Notes: a model not told the origin generated them from the sequence alone. Positions 20,209-31,242 are shown, counted from the first letter of the stretch. The stretch: 64,000 bases of DNA from Candidatus Micrarchaeota archaeon (GCA_043827025.1 JBDRPL010000032.1:1-64000); one strand, 5' to 3'. Made by a program: numbers and translations.

Positions 20209-23200
20209 ATGGACTTTAAATTGATAAGTATTTTTGTGGCGTTTCTGCTTGTTTTGTCTACCCTAGGGGCAGCGGATCCAATTCCTGTTCCAGGAGCACA
20301 ACAGGATTCCAACATCCTGGTTGAAACAAGAGTCGCTGTATTGTATCAGGAATCAGATTGCAAAACTGATGCTTTTGGAACCACATGCGAACAGAAAGGC
20401 CTGGTTCCAATAGTAATACAGGGTTTTTCAAAATCCCTGGCGTCTTCGGATGAGATACAGGCCCAGATTCAGAAATGTATAAGAGACAATCCGCAGTCTG
20501 CAAATGAGAAATGCGGAGTCAATTCATTATTCGGCGGCCAGATGAAGGAGTATCTTCAGAGCGTTGCAATGAGAGATTCGTCTAATATACTGCCAACAGT
20601 TGCAGACGATGGCAAGGTCCAGGTTGTTTTCTACGGGGAAGACGGCACTTTCCTAGAGGGTGTTGATTGTACTACGCCATGGACTCAAGTTGTTTCCACT
20701 ACAAATGCAGACAATATTGCAGGAGTTGGAAGCGAGGTGGAAGTCGTTTCACGATACTGTGTTATTTCTAAACAATATTATTCTAAGACATGCAATTCTT
20801 TTGTTGCATTTTACGCTCCTGGGGGAAAAATAGATTATAATACCAGGTCCAATTCAATTCAGCTTTGTGACAATGAGATAAGCGCTTTAGGCGGGTTCCG
20901 TTCCAAACTTTCAGAAATAATGAACACTGCAACCAACGTGACCTATTGTTTCCCATTTGCAATTCTCATGGGACTTTTATTTGCTTCCATGTACTTCAGC
21001 GGAAAGAGCCCTATAACTCTTTTGGACATTTCGTCTCCAAAGCTTCCTTCTCCGAAAACATTCGCAGCAGGCGGACAGGTGCTTGGAGGTTTTGGTTATA
21101 GTGAAATGAAGAAAGTAGCTGGTGGAAAGATGGCACTTGCTGGAAAAGCAATATACCAGCTTTCTCGCGCAGGCGTTTCGGGTGGATTGAATGCAAGGGC
21201 GGAACAGTTCGTTGACAAGTCATTGGCTGCAAAGGGAAAAGTTGAAGCCTATGCTGACAAAAAAGCAGAATTAGGCGGACAGAGAACCAAGGATTTCCTT
21301 TATGGTATGTATGTAGGAGGAACAAAAGCAGGTTTCACGCATGAACAGCTTTCCCAGCTTGCCATGAATCCAAGGCATTGGGGAGAGAAAGAGCAGGCTC
21401 TTGCAGGTAAGGTTATAAATAAATTAGAAGGTATGAAAGGAAGTACTGGCATGCTTGGAGCTAATCTTAAAGAGTTCCAGTTTGCAAACGTAACTCAACA
21501 TCATCTTGAACAACTTACTGGTGCCCCAGATATAGGAAAGAGGAGTGTAGTTATGCTTACTGCCCAATCTGCGGTAGGAAAATACATGGGTTTGAAGCAC
21601 TTTGCCCAGATTGGAGGTTTTTTCCCTGCAGCATTTGATTCTACAGTAAGGTCTTTCCAGGTTTTTGGAAGATTCGGAAAGGCAGTTGTTGCAACCCCAT
21701 TGAAACCAGTTGCTAATGCATTGGGATTGAAGACACTACATAAGCATCTTGAAGGTTGGACAGGCGGTCTCGTAGACCTTGGCGGTTTCTATCCAATAAG
21801 AGAAAGGATGAAAAACCAATATCAGATATGGAATGACGAGGCGAAAAGAGACCTTATGAGAGGCCTTATGGCGGATATGTTCAGGGCAAAAGGCATGAAC
21901 TTCAACATGTCAGCAGAGCAGATGCTTGAAATCGCTTACAAGAAGGTTGATTGGCTAAAGAAGTGCGGATATTCTAATGACCCTAGATTACAGGCTCTTG
22001 AAAGGGAATTAAGGGCAATTCTTGCAAATGAAACAATGACACTGAGCCAGAAACTAGAGGCTTTAGTTACGCTTGCAAGGTCCAATAATGCTTCATCAAA
22101 GACTTCAGCAGTTTTAGAGGAATTGGCTGTTTTGGAAAGAATAGAAAACAGCGGAGAAGAAAGCCATGTGAAAATGGTCAGGTTGTATGATCACATAGCA
22201 AACGGCAGACCTAACTATGAGTATGCAATACTCCATGATAATATAGATGATCCTCGCAAAGGCCATCAGATGTTTGAAGTCTTGATATTCAGGTCTTACA
22301 TAGACCAGGCAGAGAATGGCCATCTTGCACAGAGCGCAGGAATAAAGGAAGTAATAATGCAGGAGTATTTACATGAGTTAAATAGGTTGATTACTCTTAG
22401 GCCGAACAGAGAAATGGGAGCAGATAATATTAGTGATTCCGCAAAGATGCTTGGCAAACAATTTGGTGTTGATCCTCATGTTTACCATGAAATAGAACAG
22501 CATGCATTAATCTATATGAAAGAACTTATAACTGATGAAGGAAGAGCAGTCCTTGACAAATATCTTGCAAAGAACAACAAATCGTTTGAGCAGGCCAACA
22601 TAGGAGATTTCTTCAATGTCCTTTACGGATGGAAGGAAGCATATGCACATTTGGGAATAGATGTTGACAAACAAGTTGTTGATCCTTCATTGTTAATTAA
22701 AGGATGGGGAGACAAGGATCTTACTGAGTCTTTGAAGAAGGGTGAAAATCCTCTCAAATCAGATCTTCTGAGTGCCAAAGAAGGTGCAATAAGGGATCCA
22801 AAGTCTGGCCAGGTTATATGGCTGGGCGACTTGGATGAAATAGGTCCACATGCCAACTGGTGGAAAGCAGACATGAAGAGGCACTGGCAAAAGGAAATGG
22901 ATCCAAGAGCTTCGTTCTCAATAACCGAATGGGTCAATATGCGTTTTACCAGGGCACACTATGACCCAGTGAATCCAGTCATAGAAAGGCAGTTAAGACA
23001 GGAGATGGTACAAAGCGGGGTGAACCCAGACCAGACTCATACTTGGACGCCTAACCAGGTTTCACAATGGAAACAGAAACGTGAACAATTATGGGTACTG
23101 GATAGGATGAAGGAGGATATGAAATCATATTTCAACTCCACATTCGGCCAGAACACATATTCCAACTCAAGGGAAACTGCGAACTTCTATGCGAAATCAC

Positions 23201-25299
23201 TTGCAGGATTCCTTGCAGCTTCGCTTAACACAAGGCAGGATGACCTTAGGACTCACAAAGAACTTGAAAGCATTGATGTTGGGAACAGGGATGCGCTTAA
23301 CCACCTGGGAAATCTTGCACAGGCAAGGTCACGTTCTCTGGAAGAGTACATCAAGAAAGGCCCTACATATAATTCAATCGTTAACTCAGGCAATCCATGG
23401 GTTATGATGCATGAAGGAGGTTGGGCTCCGCATGTGCATGGCATGAGATTGGGCCAGGGTGACAGGGTTCTTGGCGGATATGTTGCAATACAAGACGAAC
23501 ACGGAAAATGGAGGAGATTCGATCCGGATTCCGTGAGAGTTGATTTTGCAAAGTTCGGAAGAGGGGACCTTATGGAGCAGTATAACCGCCTTGGTGGAGG
23601 AATTCACGAAGATGAGCAGGGAATGGGTGCACACCAGGCGCAGACTGATAAGAGAACTGGCAAGCTAATGGCACCTGAAAGGGATCCGCTTGGCTGGGCA
23701 GGTTTCCTTGCCGAGGTTAAAGATTTCACTTCTAAGATGGAAGATAAATTCGAAGGAAAGAAAATGTACAACTCCATTCTTTGGAGCTACACGAACCACA
23801 CTGGGGACTATACAAGATATTACGATGAAAGCGGAGCAAGAATAATTTCAAAGAGAGAAACAACTCCGAATAATCCATTGCGTATGTTCACTTTGAAACA
23901 AGATACTCTATTCGGAACAGATATGTCTGTATTCCAAAAGGTCAGGAATTTTGGACTTGGCTTAGGGGATTATGCGACAAAAATGGCGCTTGCATCTCTT
24001 GGTCCATTGCATACGGCATCATATGGAATAACTTCAACTTCAGAAGTATTCAGGACTGCTTCATTGAGGAATGCAGTGGCTGTGCTTAGGATGAATGAGA
24101 ACGATTGGGAAGCCCACCTTTCAGATATTTCAAATCCTAGGGACAGGGAAACAATTAAGAAATCCCTGATAGCTTCTGCAGTTGCGCATGGTGCTTACCA
24201 TATGGTCTGGGATTTTGCAATAGATAGGAACCCACAGAGAATCAGTGCTTCGCATGGTGTTCATCAGTCTTGGGATTCTTCATTTAACTTTGGACCCCAG
24301 GCCGTCTATCCAATGAGGCAGAATATGAGTCACATGACGCCTACTCAATATGCAATGTATATGATACAGCAGGGAGGTTTACAGTCTCTTGCAGGGGCCA
24401 TGCTCAGGCCTTATGCCTCTATGTTTAGAGCTATGCAGCAGGAAGCTCAGGGTTATGCTTCAAAATGGGATACCACGCAGGATCCGCTCAGGCACTGGCA
24501 ATATACTGATGTTAGGTCTTTGAATCTTACAAGGGTTTTAACCAATCCGATTTCCACTTATCGTGGAGAAGATTCAGTAACTGGCTGGTTCAAGAAAAAA
24601 CTGGGCATGGATGAAAGTTCTTTCAGAAATCCTGCTGAGTGGGCACAGCTTGCAGGAAAGGACATGGCCAGAGGTTTACTACAGCAGCCTCTTGATATCA
24701 TGCATTATGCGCAGGGCGGTGGTCTTTATGCCAACGCAAGGACTGGAGAAGCAAATCCAGGTGCATCCTATTACACATACAGGCATGTGCTCAAGACTGA
24801 CCCGATATCTGCAGAATACCTGGTAAGAGGGGTTGGTGCACAGACTGAGTTCTACAAGAACATCGCCTCAATAAGGGATCAGGCATATTCCAAGATATAT
24901 ACTAGGGAAATAAGTGATGTCGGCCTTCAGATGAGAAGGGAGCAGGAGCTTCGTGGATTCGGTTTCGGCCAGAATACGATGAATGCCTGGCTGACTCCAC
25001 TTAGTTATGTATGGCACAGCGGTATACTTTCGCCAGTAGGCCTTGGTACTCCGTTCACTCCTTTCATGGCACCTAAAGACATTGTCATGAAAGCTAAAAC
25101 TCAAGGGTGGCTCCATGCACTGAATCCAGGGAATTATCTTCCAAGCGGGGCAAATCCAGCGAACTGGGGCAAAGGCCAGTCTGACTTGAAAGGCGCAGCG
25201 CAAAGAGCAGCTCCATGGAACGCAGCCAATGTCATTGTATGTACTTGTGGAAAGCAGAAGCTGAGGAATGCAGTGTGTAGCTTTTGCCACAAAGTATAA
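20209..25299 (+). CDS. Giant (~1696 aa) signal-peptide, single-TM hypothetical protein with C-terminal Zn ribbon
   Basis: MDFKLISIFVAFLLVLSTLGA signal; Cys-rich ectodomain; TM YCFPFAILMGLLFASMYF; terminal CTC..CSFC. Confidence 0.8.
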   Translation: MDFKLISIFVAFLLVLSTLGAADPIPVPGAQQDSNILVETRVAVLYQESDCKTDAFGTTCEQKGLVPIVIQGFSKSLASSDEIQAQIQKCIRDNPQSANEKCGVNSLFGGQMKEYLQSVAMRDSSNILPTVADDGKVQVVFYGEDGTFLEGVDCTTPWTQVVSTTNADNIAGVGSEVEVVSRYCVISKQYYSKTCNSFVAFYAPGGKIDYNTRSNSIQLCDNEISALGGFRSKLSEIMNTATNVTYCFPFAILMGLLFASMYFSGKSPITLLDISSPKLPSPKTFAAGGQVLGGFGYSEMKKVAGGKMALAGKAIYQLSRAGVSGGLNARAEQFVDKSLAAKGKVEAYADKKAELGGQRTKDFLYGMYVGGTKAGFTHEQLSQLAMNPRHWGEKEQALAGKVINKLEGMKGSTGMLGANLKEFQFANVTQHHLEQLTGAPDIGKRSVVMLTAQSAVGKYMGLKHFAQIGGFFPAAFDSTVRSFQVFGRFGKAVVATPLKPVANALGLKTLHKHLEGWTGGLVDLGGFYPIRERMKNQYQIWNDEAKRDLMRGLMADMFRAKGMNFNMSAEQMLEIAYKKVDWLKKCGYSNDPRLQALERELRAILANETMTLSQKLEALVTLARSNNASSKTSAVLEELAVLERIENSGEESHVKMVRLYDHIANGRPNYEYAILHDNIDDPRKGHQMFEVLIFRSYIDQAENGHLAQSAGIKEVIMQEYLHELNRLITLRPNREMGADNISDSAKMLGKQFGVDPHVYHEIEQHALIYMKELITDEGRAVLDKYLAKNNKSFEQANIGDFFNVLYGWKEAYAHLGIDVDKQVVDPSLLIKGWGDKDLTESLKKGENPLKSDLLSAKEGAIRDPKSGQVIWLGDLDEIGPHANWWKADMKRHWQKEMDPRASFSITEWVNMRFTRAHYDPVNPVIERQLRQEMVQSGVNPDQTHTWTPNQVSQWKQKREQLWVLDRMKEDMKSYFNSTFGQNTYSNSRETANFYAKSLAGFLAASLNTRQDDLRTHKELESIDVGNRDALNHLGNLAQARSRSLEEYIKKGPTYNSIVNSGNPWVMMHEGGWAPHVHGMRLGQGDRVLGGYVAIQDEHGKWRRFDPDSVRVDFAKFGRGDLMEQYNRLGGGIHEDEQGMGAHQAQTDKRTGKLMAPERDPLGWAGFLAEVKDFTSKMEDKFEGKKMYNSILWSYTNHTGDYTRYYDESGARIISKRETTPNNPLRMFTLKQDTLFGTDMSVFQKVRNFGLGLGDYATKMALASLGPLHTASYGITSTSEVFRTASLRNAVAVLRMNENDWEAHLSDISNPRDRETIKKSLIASAVAHGAYHMVWDFAIDRNPQRISASHGVHQSWDSSFNFGPQAVYPMRQNMSHMTPTQYAMYMIQQGGLQSLAGAMLRPYASMFRAMQQEAQGYASKWDTTQDPLRHWQYTDVRSLNLTRVLTNPISTYRGEDSVTGWFKKKLGMDESSFRNPAEWAQLAGKDMARGLLQQPLDIMHYAQGGGLYANARTGEANPGASYYTYRHVLKTDPISAEYLVRGVGAQTEFYKNIASIRDQAYSKIYTREISDVGLQMRREQELRGFGFGQNTMNAWLTPLSYVWHSGILSPVGLGTPFTPFMAPKDIVMKAKTQGWLHALNPGNYLPSGANPANWGKGQSDLKGAAQRAAPWNAANVIVCTCGKQKLRNAVCSFCHKV

Positions 25300-25411
25300 T
25301 CCCTTCTCTTTTTATTTTAAAATTTACATGCAGACATAAACCGATTGTTTTTTATTTGCTTCTTGGGTTAGTATTTATATCGTTTTTAGTATAAAATGAG
25401 GATGAATACTA

Positions 25412-28366
25412 ATGAAAAAAACATTCGTTTTAACATTTGTTGTTCTGATGTTTCTTTTATTCGGATGCATAAGCAACATGGCTGAGTATTCAGCTGTTTA
25501 CGGAGACAAGGATTTTTTCAATAAACGTTCAACAGAAGATGAGCCCATGCCATGTACCTTCGGCCCATGCGCCTGTTTTGTGTGCACAAAAACCTCGAGC
25601 TTCTTCAACATATTCACTTCTTTCAGTAGCCAGCCAAACCAGCCAGTGGAATGCAAGGTCAATCTGGATTGCAAATATGATGGTTATCTAGACCAGCTCT
25701 TGAAACCACCTTATGAGCTTCCTAATGATGAATATCTCATGAATTTCCTGATCGGCGCTCCTTCTTCTCAATTCAGCCAGTCGAATGCATTATGTGAAAA
25801 TAGATTAGATATGAGTGTCAAATGGGTGCTTGGCTCAAATAATCCTAATGACCATTATGAATCTATTGACAGTAGCCGTGCAACCTGCTATCTTGACATC
25901 GGCGTAATTCCTGTTTATGTTCTTTACACACAACCTCCTAAGGGCGAGGAGAGGCGGCCTCTTGATAATGGTGATATCCTTGCTGCAGAGAAAATCGCAA
26001 AAGCACTTGATGGAACAGGCCCTGTCATAATAACTGCTGAAGCAGAGTTCGACAGTTCAAATTCTAATGATATTGCTATAGTGAAAGAACAGCTGAGAGT
26101 GATGAAAGCAGCATGCCCCCATTGCATGATTGCCCTTGCGCCAAGATATATGGATACAACAGGAATAGATGACATTCTCAGTGACCAGTCTGTTATTCCT
26201 AGTGTAGATCTCATTGCATTTGGCATAAATACAGATTATTCACAAACCAAATGCAATCCAGGTTCAATTTTTAGGGAAGCTGGAGAATTTTCCAGATATA
26301 TTCTTTACAAACATCAAAAACCAAGTGTAATTACATATATGTACTTTAATACAAAAGAACCAACAAAGGGAACTCCCGTTCCTCCTGCTGCAACTGATCC
26401 CCTGGCATGCACATGGGCAGATTATGATATTACCAATCCAAATGGAGAAAATGTGTATTCGACATTCTTTGCTATTGAAACCATTTCAGGCTTCATAAAA
26501 TCAGGAGTTCTTGGAGCAGCGTTTTATTCATATGATCCCTATGAAGCCGATCCATTCTACTGCAAGGAAACCGGAGTAAAAAATGAATGCTCATTAGGCA
26601 AGTCTGCTGATTCTGAAAAAAGCTTCTTTGCGCCATGCCAGAAATACAAGAAGACTGAAAGCCAGTACGAGAACGGCGATCCTCTTCTTAAGTTGAATGC
26701 AGGTATGAAATTACTGTTTCCTGCTGCAAAAGGCGCCACCTGTTCATTGAGCCACCAAAACAACCTTATTTCTTTGATTCTTGCCAGTGACTATAGAAAT
26801 AAGGATATAACACAGCCAGTTGTTTCGGAGATGAGGCCAAAGGCAGAACTGAGCCTTTCATGCGATGCATGCGCCAATTCGGATTACACCGGAAAGTTTC
26901 CATTCAATATAAACAAGAATGGTTTCCCTAGTCTTGATTATAAAAAAGCATGGTGCGCTTCTTCACAGGACGAGTCAAACTCAGTAACTATTACTACGCC
27001 TCTTGGAAATGATCCAAATTACGAAGAAATAGGTTCAATGGTTGATTATTATGCAGACAAGAGGGATCTTGACCCTTACATCATACGTGCGAACATAATT
27101 GGAGAGAGCCAGTATGATAAATGCGAAATAAGTTTTTTCCTGCCTTTAAACCATGCTTGTAATCCTTTAGGAGTTGTGACTGGTGAAGATGGCAAGCCCT
27201 TTGGGGAAAACAGCAAGGGAATCAATGATGTTGATTCAGACTGCAATGCCAACATTAATTTACAGTTTACCCGTGATTCAAAGCTTGTTAATAATAAACC
27301 CACGATGAAATCCTGCGCCTATGGGGTAATGCAGGCAATTGAATATCCTGCCGATGTCAGGGAACGACTGAAGGCTGAATCAGAGCTTCCGCAAAACACA
27401 CCATCTGTTGATCCTGTGGCATTTCTTTCAGTCCGGAGGCTGGCAAATGGGGATATACGGCCTCTTACAAGTGCTGAGAAAGATAAGATCAAGGCAGTTC
27501 TCATTGATAATGGCCCACATGGCGAAGTCAATATCTATACTCAGTTGGACAATTCTGAATGCCTTGGTTCAGATGCCAAATACAATCCATTCAACATCGA
27601 CGATTCAATGTGCTGGGGAACATTGAAATTGAGATTGATGCTTGATTCTGCAATCGGCCTTGTGAAGGGAAAGGAAATAGATTATGGTTTTGTGGATGAC
27701 GATGATCCTACAAAAATAGACTCTGATAAGGTGAGGGTTGCTGAATACTATATCGCACTGCAGAAATACGGTGGCGGATGGAAGGACGACTGGTTGGCAA
27801 AGTATAAACTTTATCTCAAAACTCCGGGAGTGTGGTGCGATCCTGCAATTGATCCAGAACGTACCCGGAACACAGATTGCAAAGTTGATGGTGGAAACTA
27901 TGTTTTTACGTCTGATGATGAGACAAGGTGCTACGGGCAAACAGATTTCCTGAAATTCATGGAAAGATGCGTTTATTATAATTTAAATGAAAAAGGAAGG
28001 CTTCAGCCTGGGGATGACAAATACGAGCGAGATTCTGCCATGGGAAAGATAAAGTGGTACAAGGCTCTGACAGTTCCTTACAATGAGAATAATGAGATTA
28101 ACACTGGTTGCAAGCATTCGACTTGCCCTTCACCTGTATTGTCCGGTCTTTACGTGCAGTGCAAAGCTATCTTTGATCCTAATCCGCCTAGAAAATCCTG
28201 TTGGGATGATGAAAAAAAGGAGTGCAATGAAGAATGTGCAGCAAGGGCATTTTGTGCAACCTTGACAGACCCAGTCACCCACCAATCTTGTTTACAGGGT
28301 GGCGTATGCGTGGAAAGCTGTATCGCTAAGAACCAGGGAGTTGTTGGTGCGAATGGCGCACAATAA
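25412..28366 (+). CDS. Cys-rich lipoprotein with glycoside-hydrolase-like and lytic transglycosylase (SLT-like) domains
   Basis: Lipobox LLFGC; SLT motifs LDPYIIRANIIGES, AYGVMQ, NPFNIDDSMCWG, ALQKYGGG. Confidence 0.72.
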   Translation: MKKTFVLTFVVLMFLLFGCISNMAEYSAVYGDKDFFNKRSTEDEPMPCTFGPCACFVCTKTSSFFNIFTSFSSQPNQPVECKVNLDCKYDGYLDQLLKPPYELPNDEYLMNFLIGAPSSQFSQSNALCENRLDMSVKWVLGSNNPNDHYESIDSSRATCYLDIGVIPVYVLYTQPPKGEERRPLDNGDILAAEKIAKALDGTGPVIITAEAEFDSSNSNDIAIVKEQLRVMKAACPHCMIALAPRYMDTTGIDDILSDQSVIPSVDLIAFGINTDYSQTKCNPGSIFREAGEFSRYILYKHQKPSVITYMYFNTKEPTKGTPVPPAATDPLACTWADYDITNPNGENVYSTFFAIETISGFIKSGVLGAAFYSYDPYEADPFYCKETGVKNECSLGKSADSEKSFFAPCQKYKKTESQYENGDPLLKLNAGMKLLFPAAKGATCSLSHQNNLISLILASDYRNKDITQPVVSEMRPKAELSLSCDACANSDYTGKFPFNINKNGFPSLDYKKAWCASSQDESNSVTITTPLGNDPNYEEIGSMVDYYADKRDLDPYIIRANIIGESQYDKCEISFFLPLNHACNPLGVVTGEDGKPFGENSKGINDVDSDCNANINLQFTRDSKLVNNKPTMKSCAYGVMQAIEYPADVRERLKAESELPQNTPSVDPVAFLSVRRLANGDIRPLTSAEKDKIKAVLIDNGPHGEVNIYTQLDNSECLGSDAKYNPFNIDDSMCWGTLKLRLMLDSAIGLVKGKEIDYGFVDDDDPTKIDSDKVRVAEYYIALQKYGGGWKDDWLAKYKLYLKTPGVWCDPAIDPERTRNTDCKVDGGNYVFTSDDETRCYGQTDFLKFMERCVYYNLNEKGRLQPGDDKYERDSAMGKIKWYKALTVPYNENNEINTGCKHSTCPSPVLSGLYVQCKAIFDPNPPRKSCWDDEKKECNEECAARAFCATLTDPVTHQSCLQGGVCVESCIAKNQGVVGANGAQ

Positions 28367-28398
28367 AAAGAATTGAATTTTTTTACAGTAGTCAACTT

Positions 28399-29496
28399 TC
28401 AGGGCAACCATTTCTTATTTTTTATTTTGTCATTTAGATATTCACCAACGAATGTCAGTCTCTGCCCTTGAAGTGCATCCTGTTCTATTTTTTTCCTTGT
28501 CTTTATGACCTTCTTTAGATTGGAGACCCATTCCTTGTGCTGGTTGACCCAGGGATAGCCAAGCATTTCCTCTGCTCTTTTTACATCGACATCTTTTGCC
28601 TTTATGGTGAGTTTTTGAAGGAACTTGAACTCCTCAATATCATCCATTGTCACCCCAAGGAATCTTGCTTCCGGAACAGCGAAATTTCTGCCAAGATAGG
28701 CAAGGTTCATACTTCCTGTTTTTATTGTCCAGTAGATATACCATCCCCAGGCATCGCAATCCATGAAGCAATAAATAGGAAGTCCTTTGTCAGCCAGTTT
28801 CCTAAGCAATCGACGAGTTCCACGCGAAGCCTGGCCTTTTGGAGTTATGAGTATGCACTTCTCTTTCTGCCAGAATTTATCTTCGTTCAGCCTCTGCCAG
28901 AGCGCATCCTTTTCAACAACAAGAACGTATTTTGCTTTTATGTCTCTAAGTTCGATTCCATTGTCAATGTCTGAAGGAACCATCCATCCGCTTCTTCCTT
29001 GTTTTGAACAATCAATGATGGTGTCCTCCCCTGCGAATGTGTCCTTGACTATCATTTCGCCTGCAACAACTCCTTTTCTATCAGTAGTCAAATGCAGGTC
29101 TTCCCTTGTTACTCCGAGTGCAACTTCCAGATCTTCTATGAGTCCATTGCTTTCGCTCTGCTCTGTGAACAAATCCTCATCAAGGTCTTCCCCAAGGCTG
29201 AATTTCAATTGATAATAAAGACCTCTGATACTTGTGTGCAGATCCTGTCCAATGAAATCTTTGGTTTTAGAAGCAACTGCAACTGTCTGCATGAATTTCC
29301 TTGCACCGCCAACAGAAAGGAATTTTCTTATTTCTGTTCTGTCACCAACTCTCAGGCAACCTATCCCCCGGTCATAAATCGTATTGCTTTTCGACCTTAT
29401 CTTTGTTTCAAAAGTCGGGCCTTCGTCTGCCTTTATCTCCTTTACCATGTTCTTTCCAAGCTCTTCAAGTTTTTCCATTGCTTTTTTGTCAGTCAT
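28399..29496 (-). CDS. top6A: DNA topoisomerase VI subunit A
   Basis: SIRGLYY catalytic Tyr, VLVVEKDA, KGQ, DCDAWG toprim motif. Confidence 0.96.
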   Translation of the reverse strand: MTDKKAMEKLEELGKNMVKEIKADEGPTFETKIRSKSNTIYDRGIGCLRVGDRTEIRKFLSVGGARKFMQTVAVASKTKDFIGQDLHTSIRGLYYQLKFSLGEDLDEDLFTEQSESNGLIEDLEVALGVTREDLHLTTDRKGVVAGEMIVKDTFAGEDTIIDCSKQGRSGWMVPSDIDNGIELRDIKAKYVLVVEKDALWQRLNEDKFWQKEKCILITPKGQASRGTRRLLRKLADKGLPIYCFMDCDAWGWYIYWTIKTGSMNLAYLGRNFAVPEARFLGVTMDDIEEFKFLQKLTIKAKDVDVKRAEEMLGYPWVNQHKEWVSNLKKVIKTRKKIEQDALQGQRLTFVGEYLNDKIKNKKWLP

Positions 29497-29513
29497 GAAT
29501 GCCACCTGTTGCG

Positions 29514-31127
29514 TCAGCCTTCGTTCTCTTCAGAGGCCTCTGCTTCGTTGTCATTGTTTTCAGTTTCGCCTTTTTCTTCAGGCTCTTCAATGACTTTTGT
29601 GTATTTCTCTTCGACTATCTTCAGAAGCATCTTTCTCAAATCGTCCTTCTTGTATTCTGCAAGGCGTGTCAAATCTCCTGAGAGCTGTTCGACATATCTT
29701 AATATCAATTTCTTCTTGCTTTCGACTTCATGTGCCCTTCTCTTTCCTGATATGTGGACTTGTATTTTTCGAGCAGTTTCCATCACCGCATTCTTCATCT
29801 CGTCCATTATTTCCTGTTCATCTGCTATGGCCTGTTTGCCTGCTCCCGTATATGGGACATGCACGCTCACCAGGTTCACAAGCACCACTATGGGCTCTTC
29901 GTCGAATTTTTTGAGGTGGTATCTATTCCAGTCTATTGATTTCACTGTTTGGGTGATGGCGCAGCCTCCTCCGTCAAACAATAATGGGACCCGGTTGGCG
30001 AATCGCATGACCTCTCCTCTCTTTCCGGATTCAGCAACTCCTCCTCCGAAAGCTATTGCGGTTTCAACTGCGAATGCAATTCCTCCCTTGAATATCTTAG
30101 GGCTTCTTTCGCTCACTATCAAAAATTCTGGATTGAAGATATTGTTGAATGATTTTTCGATCTGTTCCTTTCCTATTGGAACTATAGAGTCAGTTGCAGG
30201 CGCTATCCACTTCACCTCTTGAAAGGCCTTGACCATCTTTTCCGCATCCTCCCATTCCATGTTTGCCGGCTTCTTGTTGAAATTTATTTCAGGAAGTTTC
30301 TCTTCAAGTTCCTTCACCTTGTTTGCGCTCACTCGTGCGAATGATTCCTGCAGGAATGATGAAATTTTGTCGCTCTGCTTCTGATGTTTTGCGATTTCCA
30401 GCAAATCATGGGGCCCTATTCCCAAAGGGTGAGGTTGGATTTCCTTTGGTCTCTGAGGGTTGTTTTCTACTGATCTTGGAAACACTATTGTTTCTCCGTT
30501 TGGTTCTGTTAGTGTTATTTTTATGTGCGGATTAGCAAGCGCAGTCCTTCTCAAATATTCGTAGACTCCGTGGTTGCTTCTTTCATATCCGACTTCCTTG
30601 AACTCTGCAATATATATTAATCCTGTCTTCTCTTCAGGCACATCGCTCTCCACAACATTTTCAATTTCTGCCCTGTTTGTCTTGAAGTTTATGCCCACAT
30701 CACATTCCACTTTTTTTCCTTTGTTATATGAAATCGCATGCACGGTCTTTCCTGTTGTGAGTATAGAGTACATTGTACATGCAGAACAGCCTATTCCCTG
30801 CTGGCCTCTTTGCTGCACATACCTGTGGAATTTAGTGCCGGCAAGCATTTGGCCCAATGCCTTCCCAATCAATGCCATTGGGATTCCAGGGCCATTATCC
30901 TCCACCTGGATTTTATAGTGGTCATCTCCAAGACTGTCTATTTTGACAGCAATCTCAGGAAGTATGTTATTTTCTTCAGCAGCATCTATCGAATTTGTAA
31001 CCAGTTCATGCACTATGGTTGTCAACGACCTTACTTTTCCTGAAAATCCAAGCATCTGCTTGTTTTTCTTGAAAAACTCAGCAATGGAATGTTCCTTGAA
31101 GTTCTTTGTGATGCTGTCTTCTGCCAT
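29514..31127 (-). CDS. top6B: DNA topoisomerase VI subunit B
   Basis: ELVTNSIDA, EDNGPGI, QQRGQQGIG, RFANRVPLL. Confidence 0.97.
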   Translation of the reverse strand: MAEDSITKNFKEHSIAEFFKKNKQMLGFSGKVRSLTTIVHELVTNSIDAAEENNILPEIAVKIDSLGDDHYKIQVEDNGPGIPMALIGKALGQMLAGTKFHRYVQQRGQQGIGCSACTMYSILTTGKTVHAISYNKGKKVECDVGINFKTNRAEIENVVESDVPEEKTGLIYIAEFKEVGYERSNHGVYEYLRRTALANPHIKITLTEPNGETIVFPRSVENNPQRPKEIQPHPLGIGPHDLLEIAKHQKQSDKISSFLQESFARVSANKVKELEEKLPEINFNKKPANMEWEDAEKMVKAFQEVKWIAPATDSIVPIGKEQIEKSFNNIFNPEFLIVSERSPKIFKGGIAFAVETAIAFGGGVAESGKRGEVMRFANRVPLLFDGGGCAITQTVKSIDWNRYHLKKFDEEPIVVLVNLVSVHVPYTGAGKQAIADEQEIMDEMKNAVMETARKIQVHISGKRRAHEVESKKKLILRYVEQLSGDLTRLAEYKKDDLRKMLLKIVEEKYTKVIEEPEEKGETENNDNEAEASEENEG

Positions 31128-31242
31128 AAATTCGCCATCCTGTCTGTTAGTATATTAATGTTATTCTCTTTGGGAGTTGCTTTTCCAATTCGGGTTTTAG
31201 GTTTAAAAAACTTTCTTAACATTTGTTGTTATTGGTGTTTGA

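Noticed and set aside
29092..30222. 376-aa plus-strand ORF and similar long antisense ORFs (17015-17821, 56724-57566, 54460-55140, 33788-34381, 1994-2569)
   Set aside because: Shadow frames opposite well-supported genes, with no motifs.
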